A DNA stretch of 64,000 bases, taken from Blasia pusilla (lineage: Eukaryota). The translations under genes were made by a program, and so were the position numbers. Location of the stretch: positions 12,028,001 to 12,092,000 of the forward strand of contig CM114271.1 in the NCBI GenBank assembly GCA_050084515.1, written 5' to 3'. Below, piece after piece: positions 12,337-26,200 of the stretch. Each line of letters opens with the position of its first letter. The first letter of the stretch is position 1. Under the pieces are notes generated by a model. The model worked only from the letters and a program-made list of their open reading frames with translations. It was not told the DNA's origin and did no database searches.

Positions 12337-15300
12337 TTATTTACCTTTTTTCCCTTTACTTGTCTTTTTCTTTGACACTTTTTGGGTTCTCTGAAAATTT
12401 TGAACCCGGACAACTGTGGAGTTCTTAGACTCTAAAATAGCAGGAGTTTCGTTCATGTTATCAGTCTTAGACCCATCTTTCACTCCTCTAGACTCCTCTT
12501 TAGACTTTTTGGGCGTCGGACTGTTTCGCTCCACATTTTTGCCTCTTGATCTTTTGAGTTGTGAAGTCCCTAGGTTTTCAGAACTCATGCTGGGAACTGC
12601 TGTTTTTCCTGCAGCTATCAATTCTCCTTTCTTATATTGTTTCTGAATGTCCATCTTGCGAATCATAATTTCCACTCTCGCTGCATTTTTCGACCCCATT
12701 TTTGGACGTAGGAATACTTTCTTCTGTAGACGCCCACAAGTGTCCTGAAGAAGAAAGCCGAGTGTCAATTCGACTGACTACGTCGCCTATGAAAAGTATA
12801 TCATTCGAAACTGTCTGGGTGCAGGTTATTTTTTTGAATGATTGAATCCACTAAAATGTTTAGGACCGATAGATTCTTGGCCCTGCAGATTATGCAGTTA
12901 AGATCTATATTATTAAAAGAGGACAGGTTTCAGAACCCCTTCCTCCCGTGACGACACATATGCATTTTAGCCTCTTCCCCTTATGACACGTGTAATAGAC
13001 AATTAAATTAACATAACACAACTTGAACTCCAATAGCCTATTCTTACTCTGGTTCGGATGTTTTTCACCCTTGCGGAGCACGGGCACCGTCTAGTACAAA
13101 TGAAAATACAAATGCTAGGTCAAATCCAAGAAACAGTACAGGTGTACTTACTTCCCCGATATATCCTTTCATTTGCCCAAATGCCTTGTTAGCTTCCTCC
13201 TGACTCTTGAAAACTGCCACTTTGGAGCAAAATTTTGAACTCGTGCTCTTGTCTTCTTTCTCAACATCCTGCCGAAAAGATGGTTGAGATTCACGATAAT
13301 TGCAGGTCTAGCCCAAAGTAAACCTAAAGGGTGGTAAACATACAACAGGAGAACCTGGTCCAGACACTATTTAACAGACCCTGTACCCTTTCATTAAAGT
13401 CCCCTACAACATCTCTATATTTTGATTTCAAAGCTCACAGCTGCAGAACAAAACACCCAATCCTGACCTATGTTCAGGGTTTCCCTCCTATATTTGGGGG
13501 ATTTATTTTCCCCTAAATATACGAGGGAAGGAATTTTTCCTCAAAATGATGGGAAACGGAGTTTCTTTCAGGAAAAATGAGGGATAATGCGTTTTGCAAG
13601 TGAAGGGAGGCGTGAGGTGGGATTTTACATTTCTAGAGCATGAAGACCAGACCTTACAATGATACATGCTGGGCTCCTAACCAACCTAGAGCTGCACCAA
13701 TATGTGATACAATTCTGCAAATCTCAACTTAACATGCCAGAAACCAAGAGCTTTGATGGCCTGAACAATTTCACAGTCAGGCCTCTCCATAACCAAGTGC
13801 GGAGGTTTAAACTAACCTGTAACTCAACAAGAAATCTTTTCGGAAACAAATCTTTCAACTCTAGGTCTGTAAGCGTAGTTGGCACTCTGTGAATTAGCAA
13901 CTTCGAAAGATCTTCATCATCAACCTGAAAGATAAACCAACTGACATATCAGAACATAAGTTGAGTCCCAAAATATTTCCAGCTCAGCTGTGGCATAGTA
14001 TACAGCAGCTCTACTCCAACCACTTCATGAAATGCATCCTTGTAACCCTATTGACATTGATCATGTACTAAACTACTCATCAAGTAGTGTGTGCCATGGG
14101 CTTCCAATCATAGACCCTGCACCTGGTTGGACAGTGCTAAGAGACTTGGATGGATACAGATTGAGGAATAAGTGAAGAGAGGAGGGACTCTCTCATATGG
14201 AATGAATGCTGACCATTAGAGTGTTGGTATGGAGCTTCAAGTGTCAACCAAGAAGCTCTTGACAACATCATCTACCTTACCTGATTAGGTTCCCTAATAC
14301 ATGCTACTTACCAGTGCAACAGCTTTGGGCAGTGAAGGTAGTCTACTGAACGTGTTTGAATGATGATTGAATGCCTCCACCATTTCAACATGGCAATTTC
14401 ACATCTATCCTCCAGGGTTTCCACTCCAATTTCTGATTTCACACCAACTCTGGCCGTTCATGAGGAAGCTGACATCACACCCTGAAGCGCTTTCAGCTGA
14501 ACAGCTTCAAGCTTGTCCCTTTGTTTGGTGCTGGAATCATACTCCAGTGAGAAACGAACAGTATGCAGAATGACAGCGCTTTACTTCTGCTGTAATGTCA
14601 CCCCAAAATGCTTTCAAAGACTTTGACAGACTGACTGCACTCATTAAGCAGTGCCTGTCGTAGCCTTGCACCATAGACCCCACACCCTAGTTTGACAGTG
14701 CTCGAGACTGGGATGGGTGTAGAGGGAGGAAGAAGTGAAGGTATCATATGGGGCCTCCCATATGAGACAGTCTCATATTGGGAGAGTGCTGACCATGCAA
14801 TGTGTTGGCACAGAGCTTCCTGAATCTAGGCTGCTGAATGTGTTGGACAGTTCTGGTGTTACCAGCTTAGCAATATCAGCATATGCTCTTGCTCTGTGTT
14901 ATGAAAGACTCCGACACACACTGTACTCATTAAGTAGTGCATGTTGTAGCCTTGTGACCATAGACCCAGCGCCCTGGTCAGACAGTGCTTGAGACAGATG
15001 GGTGTAAAGAGAGAAACAAGTGAAGAACGTACCATATGCGAGGAGGGAGACACTCTCATATAGTGTGAGTGCTGACCATACAACATGTTGGTGCAGAGCT
15101 TCCAAATGTCAACCAAGAAACTCTTCACCACACCATCTACTTTACCTGATTGGGATCCCCAAATAAACATTATTTACCAGAGCAGCAAGCTTTGGGCAAT
15201 GAATTTATGCTACTGAATGTGTTGAACAATTCTGGTGTTACCAGCTTAGCAATATATGGGTGTAGAGAGACAAACTAGTGAAGACGGTACCATATGAGAG

Positions 15301-18300
15301 GAGGGAAACACTCTCACGTAGTGTGAGTGCTGACCATACATGATGTGTTGGTGTGGAGCTTCCAATGTCAACCAGGAAGCCCTTCACCACACCGTCTACT
15401 TCACCTGATTGGGATCCCCAATACACATTACTTACCAGTGCCACATCTTTGGGCAGTGAATCTAGGCTACTGAATGTGTTGAACAATTCTGGTGTTACCA
15501 GCTTAGCAATATCAGCATATGCTCTTGCTCTGTGTTTTATGAATTTTGTACAGGAGACCAAGTAGTGACCAGAGGTTTCATCCCCATCATCACACAAGGC
15601 GCAAGAGTTTGGTTGTTTTCCCATCCTGCTTTTCTTATGGTTCAAGGGGATTGCCCCCATCCTCAACTTGAACTTAAGCCGGGTTCCCAAGCACGGGGTT
15701 CCCCGCAAATAGTTCTTCAGTTCTGCCTGATCAGGATATACCGTCAAGAGAGAGGTCAGATATTTTCATGGCTTCCTCCATGCTGTTCTGCTGTGAGGGT
15801 TTGCCCATTGCTTTGGTTATGGTATCCACAAATGCTTTCTCATCTTGCTCCCACAGTTCAGGCCCTGCTGGGAGCTTGGTTGCTTGGACAATCTCTTCAA
15901 CCTTTTTCGTCCAAGATTTGGCCTGCTTTACTGGTCTTCTTTGGGTCCAAGTTTTCCCCATCAACTCTTTAGGATAGCGATGGGGGTCCATTGTCTCCAA
16001 CTGCCTCCGCCATTTCATCTTGGCGATGTCATGTCTATCCTCCAGGGGTTCCACTCCAAGTTCTGATCTCACACCAACTCTGGCTGTTCGTGAGGAAGCT
16101 GACATCATACCCCAGAACGCCTTCAGCTGCACAGCTTCAAGCCTGTCCCTTTGTTTGGTGTTGGCATCCCACACTGCTGCCCCATATTCCAGCGAAGACG
16201 AATGGTATGCAAAATGACAGAGCACTTTACTTCTGATGTGATGTCCCGGCATTGTAGGAATCTTGACAGACCATTCACCTTCTTGTGGCCTTTCTCTGTA
16301 GTCTTCTTGATGTGGGCATCCCACATGCAGTCTTCTGAGAATTCTATGCCCAGATAGGTGTATGTGGGCACACCGGGATCTCTTGTTCGCCCCAGTGCCA
16401 CTGTTGGTCTTGGTCCTCCTCCTTGCCATAGAAGATCATCACACTGCACTTCAGTACATTTGCCTCCAGGCCCCACATGCCACACCAGATTTTGGTCAGG
16501 GAGATCATCTCTTGGAGTTTCTCTCCTGTTTCCTCTAAGCCACCAAAGTCATCAGCAAACATGAGGGCAACAACAGAGCTGTTGCCCACCCGGACGCCCA
16601 GTTCTTCCAACAGGGAATTCACAAAAATGTTGAAGAGGGTGGGGGAGAGCGGGCATCTTTGAGCCACTCCTTGCTTGATGTCGAATGTCCCACTCTTTTG
16701 GCCATTCACCAGAACCCTACTCATTGTGTTCTAGTACATCTTCTCCACCACCCTCCACATTTTCCCTCTGAGCCCCACCTTCCACAAGCTATGAGATAGC
16801 CCGTCACGCAATACAGTGTCGTATGCCTTCTTGAGGTCCAGGAAGAAGCAATAGGTGGGTTTCCCCTCTTTTTTCCTACCCTGGATAATTTGGCTGAAGG
16901 TGAAGATGTGGTCCACGCATCCTCGGGCTTGCCGGAAGCCAGTTTGGCCTTCCTTGATGACAGAGTTCTCCTCCAGGTACACGGAGATCCTATTGTTGAG
17001 TATACGGCAGAGGAGCTTCCAGACTACACTCAGCAGTGTAATACCCCTGTAGTTTCCAGGGTCTTCTCGTTCACCCTTCTTGAAGAGGTTCACCATGACT
17101 CCCACCCACCACCTTTGTGGAATGACTTCTGCCCGCCAGACCAGGTTGAAGAGACTCACTAGAGAACCAGCCACAGGAGAAGACACAGAGAGAAAGAGAG
17201 GACCCAAGCATTTGTAATTCTGCAATTGATCATATTAGCAGATGTGACAAGAATACAGACCAGCCAGTCACCAAAGCATTCATTACTGAAAAGCATCTCC
17301 TTGTGGACAGGACAAATAAATAAACTAGCACCAAGTTGGAAAGCTCATACCTCAAAAGGTATGGTCAAGGAAATTGGACCATGCAACATGCAATGGAGGA
17401 CAAGTTTCATCGGCATAGCAGCATCAACTAAGCAGTTGTGAGGCTTATCATTGTCTCTGAAGTCATACCCAAACACCAACTAGTGCAAAAGACCACCAGA
17501 AGGAACCCTATTAGCTGGAGAGAAATTATTCATGGGATTTTAATCTTGCTGTCAGATTGAGAATAGACATGGGACCTGAACGTCACAGCGGCTCTGGCAC
17601 AATGATAATGTAGGCTACAAAATTCATCTGATCTCAGCATGATGTGTCGGGCACAGGAAATCACTTCAACTGAATTGATGAGGAAACTAAATACAGGGAC
17701 TGGATATTGCTTGCCAGTACCTTGCACAAATCTCTCAAGGAAGGATTCCATTTTCGTGGTCGATTCTGTACAGGGAAAATGAAGGCTGTATCTATCACCC
17801 TTCTGTGATCGATTTTCAAAGCTGCACAATCACACAAGAAACAGTTCCTGAAGATCTTGTCAAATCTCTATCACATAACCATGTCTTTAAGATGGAGCAA
17901 AACAGGTGATGATATCGTGCTGAACAATTGAGAGGAGGGAGGGGGGGTCCAACACCTCACTGTCCTCCTGACAATTAACAATATTCAAAAAGTATCTGAG
18001 GACAGTAATTGCCTTTTCTCTGATTATTACTTCAATCTTGTTTATCAAAGGGTAAAGAGATATAGATATAGGGTATACCTTTTAAGTCATTGTGTACGCT
18101 ATGCCCCACAACAATGGTTCCCGGTGTAAGCGCTGTTTTCACTTGTTTCTGCACATAACCTCAACATACACCAAAAGATAAGAAGGTCGATGATGCCTTG
18201 TCGTGAAATTTTGTTCGTGTCTTCTGGAAAGGACCACTGGTACAACTTTTGCAAATGATGTTAATATTTAACACACAATTTGATAAAAGTGCATTGTGCA

Positions 18301-21297
18301 ACTACTTTCATACCTGAATATCACTTTGAGTGACTGTAACTCCTTCTAGATCTTCTCGTGAGACACCTGTAATGTCCGTTTTGTAATTTGACACCTTTTT
18401 GCTTGGCCGCACCAAGGTATCCAGCAACGTCTTTATCACATGTAGTGTAAGTGTAGCAGTGGTCACTTCCAAGATTAAGATTCTCTCCCCAAAACACTAG
18501 ATGAACCTTGATGCCAGTTATTGCAGACTTGTTCCAGATGCAATCAATCTCTACTGATCAAGTTTTAATCTCTGAAACTTACTAGTGCTGATACAGAGCT
18601 TCATAATTGAATGAGATTTGCTGCTTACACTTAAATCACGGTCAACTACACAGACACGAACGACTTCCAAAGTTCCATCTTCACAGTTCACCATTTCGCA
18701 ATCGAGTCCAACCAACTTTGTAGGAGTGCTCAATTCTTTTCTTGTTGCACTCTCTGAACGTATCCAGCCCTAAAAGTTTGCATAATTCTCACAGTTGGAA
18801 CCATTACAAGACCTCACTCCAAAGACTGAGAAGACACACATGCCTTACATTTCTAGAAAACGGACAATCTTCAATGGTAACATAATCCAATATTGGCGAT
18901 ACTGTATCCAAGATGATCAGAGACAACTATCTGGTTCATGCAGGATTCAATATCCACATAAATTATAACCAAAACATATGCCTGGTGAATGAATTCCACC
19001 TTGAGTAACTATCCATACATCACACTTATAACATACCTCATTATAGGAGTAGAACGTGTAGTTCTGCTTGTATCCTGGGTGCTCCCTAGTGAGTCGCACA
19101 AGCTCCTGTACAAGGAACAATTCTCTCTCAAGTAGGCTTACATCCTACCCCAACCAAATGAATAACAACATACTGTTTGAACATCACTACGAAGCTCCTG
19201 TAGAGAAGGAATAGCACCATCTGAGAGTGCAACTGGACCCATACAAATCTTCTTGGGAACTGCATGAACCAAAGGAGCATGCGATCCAGTGCTTGAAAGT
19301 GTAAGGAAATGAGACAACTTAAAGCCTGTAAAAGTAGATGTAGAGGGTATCGGAGACTGAAGAAATAGCACCATCTGAGAGTGCAACTGGACCCATACAA
19401 ATCTTCTTGGGAACTACATGAACCATCGGAGCATGCAATCCAGTGCTTGAAAGTGTAAGGAAATGAGACAACTTAAAGCCTGTAACAGTAGATGTAGAGG
19501 GTATCGTAGACCAACGCTGGACACAAAAATTTACAAATCTTCGGGAATAATCTTACTCATTATTACTAATTAGTTCTTGGCATACACGCTATGCAATGCT
19601 ATGCCCTTCATTCATCAGCACCCCCTTCCCATAGAGATTATTTGAGCAAGTCATCACAACATCTTCACAAGCATGGCTTTTCCTAGTTGTCTTTTGAGAT
19701 AAAAACTAAGATGACCACAAAGACCCAAGCATGGAATTGGGTATGGCAATATCCACCAATTTTGATACTACGCAGAAAGCTATCCCGCAGCTCTAGTGAT
19801 TCCACCACCATATGAACAGATGTAAGAGCACATGACAGAGACTCAATTAAGTACTTTGCATGCTGACCTCTTCAGGGGTGTCAGGTCGGGATTCCTCTGT
19901 TTCTACCATCTCCATGTTCCGATTGTGCTTCATCCACTCTCGGACTTGTTTAGCCATCTAAGATCAGAGTGCATAATATTTATTCCAACATGTATTAACT
20001 TTCCTGTCAAACACGCTTTTGTATGAACACAAAAAAACAATTAAATCTACCTACATTCCTTTTGAGAGTACACAAGCACTTTGAATAGAATTGGTCACCA
20101 GAGAAGTGTCAAAAAAAGGAAGTTGACAAACGAACCTGAAGGTCCTTTTCATCTTTCCAGGTCTGTACAAAAGATGCGAGGACATCCCAAGGTCTCTTGG
20201 CAGGATCATGTTGCAAGCTGCTTTTGTCAATACTGGCCAAGAATTGTTGCCAGGGACCCTTGGTTCCACTTACACCTTGCCACTGAGCCTGCTTAACAAT
20301 TTTCACAAGATCCTGCAGAAGGGAAAGATCATCAAGAATAATCAGAACAAGATTGGACACCTGGAACCACATACTTTATCCCCATGTGCACTGAAACATA
20401 CAAGATATTTCTGTCAAGAATAAACTTCATTCTCCGTTAAATCACTCAAGTCGTGCTGATATTGTCAAAATAATTCAGCAACGCTACAAACTTCCCTCGT
20501 CCCAAGGTAGGGACGTAGTCAAACCCATATTTAAGTGCTATTGGGCATGTAGAGGAAACAGTACCTGAACCACCCTAAACCCTAAATGACACCCTCCTCA
20601 GGTTTCTCCCATTTTTTTTGGAAACTTTCCACGAAAGTAATCCAACTTCTACTTGTACAGTTGGTACGAGTGAAAGATAGTAAACAGTGACATGGCCACA
20701 AAAAGAGCAAAATATCACCCTCACTTTTCAGAGTCTCTGCTACAAATCCTACGCCAGTCAGCCGCTCATTATCTTTGACAAAAATTTGAAAATTAGACAC
20801 TGTGGCCTCTAGGGCACAAATCGCTGCACAGAATTGAGGGACCAACAAGGCAGTCCGCCAATCCTGTGATATCGATTGCTCTTACAATGAGCGTGATCTC
20901 CACCTTGAGGTGCTGCTCCGTTTTGCAAGACCTCTGGGCTTCTTTCTTTTTACGTAAAATCTTGCCAGTCCTGTCATGGACCGACTTTGACAGCTTCCAG
21001 CACTTAAAGCTCACGATCAATTTGAGAGACGACAACGGCACATACGAAGTAGCAACAAGTCGACTTGAGATGACTTTGGTGCTTGAATCACGCAAAACCG
21101 GGAGATAAATCACCGTTTGTAATTCGCCGCGACAAACTTCAATCACGAGATAGATCGGATAAAACCTGTGCCAAATACTTAAACACAACCATTGAATTCA
21201 GTATGCACAGACAGATAGACAGAGAGAGAACCTCTTTATCAGCTTCAGTAAAGCCGCCTAGTGACTTCAATCGTCCTATTGATCTCATCTTCTTCAT
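12337..21297 (-). CDS. SDN: Small RNA degrading nuclease (SDN1/2/3-like DEDDh 3'-5' exoribonuclease with RRM-like C-terminal domain), ~530 aa, 12 exons: 21297-21232, 20312-20136, 19957-19868, 19105-19037, 18769-18629, 18430-18314, 18148-18079, 17821-17721, 17479-17351, 13924-13817, 13268-13152, 12744-12337
   Basis: All junctions are GT-AG and in phase. SDN N-terminus TEADKEDLVKIVKQAQ...GTKGPWQQFL...DPAKR; ExoI LDCEMV, ExoII GHSVHNDL, ExoIII HNCLVDA; RRM-like DLSKLLIHRVP...VFKSQEEANKAF...DTCGRLQK. The start codon is the least certain part. Confidence 0.92.
12904..13094 (+). mobile_element. Non-autonomous Helitron (~190 bp) in the last SDN intron
   Basis: 5' TCTATATTATTAAAA after an A; 3' GC-rich hairpin CCCTTGC-GGA-GCACGGG then CTAG followed by T (A|T insertion, no TSD). 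Confidence 0.75.
14073..17160 (-). mobile_element. LINE family B (5'-truncated RT-encoding copy plus stacked 3'-end copies) in the SDN intron 17350-13925
   Basis: RT motifs LFKKG...NYRGITLLS, QTGFR, FLDLKKAYDTV, GVAQRCPLSP, MFADD, YLGI. C-terminal CALC...HYLVSC. The 3' terminus (TACTCATTAAGCAGTG on +) recurs at ~14073, ~14632 and ~14920. Confidence 0.9.
19210..19511. repeat. Intronic tandem duplication, ~154-bp unit x2
   Basis: AATAGCACCATCTGAGAGTGCAACTGG... starts at 19210 and again at 19364. Confidence 0.9.
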
Positions 21298-22867
21298 TTC
21301 CGGACTCGCTTAAGAAAGCTTCCGTCTCTTAGGTTGCCACCAAACCGAGCAACCAAAATACAATCCCTCAGTAAATTACAGCGCCTGCGTCGGTTTCAAC
21401 CATTTCTATTCCCTCGTCATATCTCGTCTTGCAATCCGTCTCCATGGCTGTCCTCGACACCACCGCACTCTGCGTGTGATTAAACCCTTCCCAACCTTAT
21501 TACCACGGGCAACCTATCGTTGCCCCTGATATGACATGAAACTTGAAAAAATTGGGTACGGAGGAACGGTACGCACCTCCAGCCGAGACCCCGGTTTATA
21601 GTTCGTAGACCCGAAACGTCACTAAATCTATTTCATTCATGCTTTCTCAATATGAGGAAGAAGAATTTTAGCCCCATCTTCTTTCTTTTAATAGTATAGA
21701 TTTTGAATTATCCCTTTGAAATTTAGATTGATTTGAATGCATATAAAGAAGAGGGATTTGAGAGGAGAATTAATTGTTAATATTAAGAATATAAAAAAAG
21801 TTTGAGGAACTAATGTATAAGGAAGATTAATGACGTTACACATGAATTCAAAAAAAACTCTTGATGTCCATAGTTGTGAATTTTTTTCTTGTTGCCTAGT
21901 TATCATGTGTCAAACAGAGACGTGTTTGCAAATCAAAAAGGCACTCTCCAAAAGAATTTAGACTTGTAAGATACTCATACGATGAACGGAAAATAAAAAA
22001 GTGTTTGAAGGGATGATTAATGCTCCACACAAATTCAAACTCTTTTCTTCCTTCCCATAACACGTGAAACATTTTTTTTCTTGCGAAATTACCACGTGGT
22101 AATAGGGCCTTAAAAAATAGGTGTCAATAAAAAATTTTAATAATGTTTAAATTTTCAATTTTTATTTAATTATAAATTTAAATATAATTTCCATTTTTTA
22201 AAACATTAAAAGAGTAAGAAATTTTCACCTTTCAATAATACCCATCTCCCCGAAATAATTTCACTCCTTTGTAAAGGCTCAAACAATAACTATTCTTCCC
22301 CTTCCATTCTTCCCACCAAAATAACATTCACTAACTAAAATCTTAGCTAATTTTAATTAACGAAATTATTTTCCTTTTGCCATTCAAATTCATTTCCCTG
22401 TCCCAAAATATCACATGTGAATTAATAATATTTCAAAAAATGATCATGCTATTTATTTCAATTTTTAAATATGATTTATATTTTCTAAAATCTTAGAAGA
22501 GAAATAACATTTTGCTATTCTTAGTAATTATAATCTTCCATTCAAATTTAAATGATATCCCAATAAACTAAGTAATTTTATCTTTCCATAAAATTTAAAC
22601 AAAATCTACTCCTCCATTAAATTTTTATTTCCTTTTTCCATCAAATATGAATTGAGATAAATTTTCCAAATTTTTGGTTCTTTATCATATTAATTTTATA
22701 TTTTCTTAATTTTTATAATCACATGTTATAATATTAAATTATTTATTTATTTATTTATATATATTCCACTCAAATCCTTATTCGTTTCCTTTGTTCTATT
22801 TCTACCCATCTAATGGGGCTCAAGCAACAAAATTCAAGGATGTTGCCCCGCTATCTTGTAATATTAT

Positions 22868-23223
22868 TGTCATGACCATACGGATTATGTCGTAGAGTAT
22901 GGTGTGCTGGTAGAGGCCATTCCTTATGTAGGACCGTAGTGGCTTGGTAGAGATGCGGTTCCATACATAGGGTTGGGGTTACTCACTTGGGGTGACTTTC
23001 CCCAAGAGGGCCCGCTCTTAGGTTGGAGGATATAAGGTGGCTTGCCCTCAAAGAACATCAATTCTTTAGGTTGAGCCTTTGTTGGGAGTTAGCCTTGGTA
23101 GTGAGTAGAGTTCTTGGCTATGGTGTTTCCAAGCCGACCTAGATTCTCCCATCGTGGAGTGGGTTTGGCTCGATTGTATGTGATTGTAAACGTGTTTTAT
23201 GAAGAGGTCTTTCACGGATTTCA
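22868..23223 (+). repeat. Terminal repeat A1 (356 bp; TG...CA; contains TATA box)
   Basis: Direct repeat of 31861-32225 with a few small indels. Confidence 0.95.
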
Positions 23224-23235
23224 CTCAAAGAACTG
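23224..23235 (+). promoter_or_regulatory. Self-priming PBS CTCAAAGAACTG
   Basis: Immediately follows A1. Exact reverse complement of CAGTTCTTTGAG (32052-32063), which lies ~30 nt downstream of TATAA (32023) in A2. No TGG tRNA-type start. Confidence 0.75.
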
Positions 23236-26200
23236 GAGTAGATCGATGGTAGCTTCGATTGTAGATCAGTAGGATCTGGTTAGGGCTGATTGTGTACTCA
23301 GCCGTGGATGTTCGTGGCTTGTGGCCTATGTTGGAGGTGTGAATCTGGTGCGCGGTTGGTTGGGAAAGAAGTGCCTTGCTGAGAGCTTTCCAACGTGCTG
23401 TAGATCATCGGATTTCGTTGAGGGAGTTGGAAGTTATCAAGCATTGAAGATTCTGGTCGTGTTCGACAGTTTTCTGATGTGGAGAGCTTGGAGTGCGGAA
23501 GCTCTGTTGAAGTTCATCCAGATCGGGTGAGAGGTTCCTATTGCTACTTGTATTGTGATCTCATGTGAAGCTATGTGCTCGAGTGCGTGGAGCGTTGCGG
23601 ATTTCTGCGTGCATGAAACTTGGCGGAAGCGCTGTCGGATTTGCGGTTCTAGAGGTGTATGGACAGCAAGTTTGTCTGATTTTTAGCTCGGAGCAAGCAA
23701 GTAGAGGCGGAGTAAGGAGAGGTGGAGTAAGGAGCAAGGAGCAAGCAAGGAGAGGCGGAGTAAGGAGCAAGGAGCAAGCTTGCTTGCTTGGGCGTTAGGC
23801 AATTTTTGCAGGATTTGGGATTTGAGTTTTGCATAACTGGTCACCCATCTTTGGGCTATTCTGCCTGGAGGACGCTTGACTGCCGAGTTCTTAACTATGC
23901 CAGTGTACAGACTGTTGTAGCTCATTTGGTGATGTTCGGAGATGTGTTAGGCGCTTTATGCATCTCAGGTTTTTGGTTGATGTACCTCTAGCGCATAGTA
24001 CGGTGTAGCCTCTCCATGCAGGTGATATTTTCAGGTGTTGCGCGTTCGACTAGCACATCATGGACCCGCGGCGGAGTAGCTATTGCGTTAGAATTGTGTG
24101 GTGGATTTTGTGGATTCAGAGGGCACCACATTTGGTGGATTGTGTTACCTTGATTTCCATTTGCGATTGGAGGGTTGTCGTTGGATTTCCTGTGTTTGGA
24201 TCCCCTCCATCGTGCTTCTTGCTTGCGCGCCCATTGTTATGGTTGACGCTGATTTCTAGAGTAGTGTTACTCCTATATGCTACTGGTAGTGAGGCTGGAG
24301 GGATGACGAGTAGATTGTGGGAGACTTCTTGTGGTGATGACAAGTTAGGTTGCCTACACCCATAGCTAGTAGAGCTAGAATAGTATAGCGACATCGACAT
24401 CACTTGGTAATTTGGTGGTGGTGCGGCATCGGCGTTGGTCACTGAGTGTCAGGTGGTCTGGTTGGGGACCGTGGTGCGGATGGTGGTGGTTTCACACGGA
24501 GTGGATTTAGGTATCGGCTACCTTTTCCACTTCCGACGGTTGATGAAGAGGAGGACGAGGGTGTTCCAAACACCAAGTCTTCTACGTTGTTATCGAGTGT
24601 TGCGGCTCCATTGATTTGGGACATGGACGGTGGATATGGGGCCATGAAGGGCCTGACGATACTCGGGTGCAAAGTGGGTACCATTGAGTTGGAGGACTTC
24701 ATGCAGGAGTTTGATACGTGGTGTGATATGCAGATGTTGAACGGCACGTTGTTTACACCCTTCTTGGCTTGGAAGGGTTGTTTCAAAGACTTGGAAGGAC
24801 CACCCATGGATGATTACCATGAGTTTAGGAAGGACCATGTTCTTTGAGATTGAGGCATGGAGACAATATTGGTCTCCACGCTATGTGTCTATCACCCATG
24901 GTGGTATTGGTAGTAGTGCTCCTACTATGCCCGGCCCGCCGAGTGGTACAGTACGAGCCGGAGTGGGGATACGGTGGAGGTACTAGTGGGGGTACTAGTG
25001 GAGGTACTAGTGCCCCACCATCGTTTAGCCCGGTTGAGAGTTCTTCAAGAGGTTGAAGAAGAACTATCAAGGAGTGAAGACGGAGAAGTTGAGGAATCTT
25101 CAAGACTTTGAGCGAAAAGACCGGTGAGAGTCTTAGTGAGGCATACACGTGTATCGACGCTTGATTTCGATTACCAGGGTGTGACCGAGGATCACCAATC
25201 GATTTTTGGTATGGGATCTTGGACAGAGATTTGCGCCGTAGGGCGTGATGCTACTCTTATGAGTGATGATTCACCCACATTGACCCATGTGTTTGCTCTA
25301 TCTCGAGAAGATTGAGCTTAACATGGTGAAGGAGAGAGTGGTGACATCCGCATTCGAAGAGGGAAACAACTACTACTTCGTGTTCACCGCCCACCTCACA
25401 TCTCGTAGTAGTGGTGGTGGTAGTAGTAGTGGGAGTCGTGGGGGTACACGCGACCTCGTCAAGTCCTAGAGGGACATTTGTGTAGAGACCATTGCCTTCA
25501 TTTGCTGCCCGCAAGCAAGGACGATCATGTTGGACATGTGGAGGTGATCATGTTAGGAAGTTTTGTCCCCAAGAGGATGGGGGAGAGACTTTGGAGGATG
25601 GGCCTCGTCGGCCCCAACTCAGTGTGATCATTGTGGGAGACTAGGTCATCCTCGAGAGCGTTGCTTTGATCTTCATCCGAGTTGAGATCAGGCCCCGGCC
25701 GTGGTGGAGTAGCTCGAGAGGCCGAGGTGGTAGAGGTGGTAGGGGTGGTAGAGGTGGACGGTGGTTGGAGAGCCTACGGTGGCTACCCCTACCACTACGA
25801 CAAGTCCGCCTATGGTCGCCGGGATTGAGCGATTGGAGAAGAAGTTGGCTACTATGGTGGTATCCAAAGATAGATCAGGTTCGGGAGCAGGGCTTCCACC
25901 TCTTATGGAGGGATGATCTCTCTTATATGGCGAGTGCAAAGATGGGTTGAGGCATCAGCTGCAGCGATTCTGAGAGGAGCCACTCGGCGTCGAGCCACGT
26001 GGTGCTCTTGTGGAGTTGGACCCCAGAGGGGTGAGGCCGGGAGGCGAGCTAGGCTTCCCAGTCATTCTTTTTGTCTGAGGTGCTTAGGACTCCATCCATG
26101 GTTCCTACGCGGCTTATTGAGCCGGCAGTGGGGATCGAGGCATCTACATCAGCGTGTAGTAGACACGGATGCAAAGATCTAGTGCAAGATGTGCGGATGG

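Noticed and set aside
21380-21445. Extra upstream coding exon of SDN (gccATGG...GTAATT on the - strand)
   Set aside because: No convincing in-frame acceptor before 21297, where an in-frame stop lies five codons upstream; may be a uORF or UTR.
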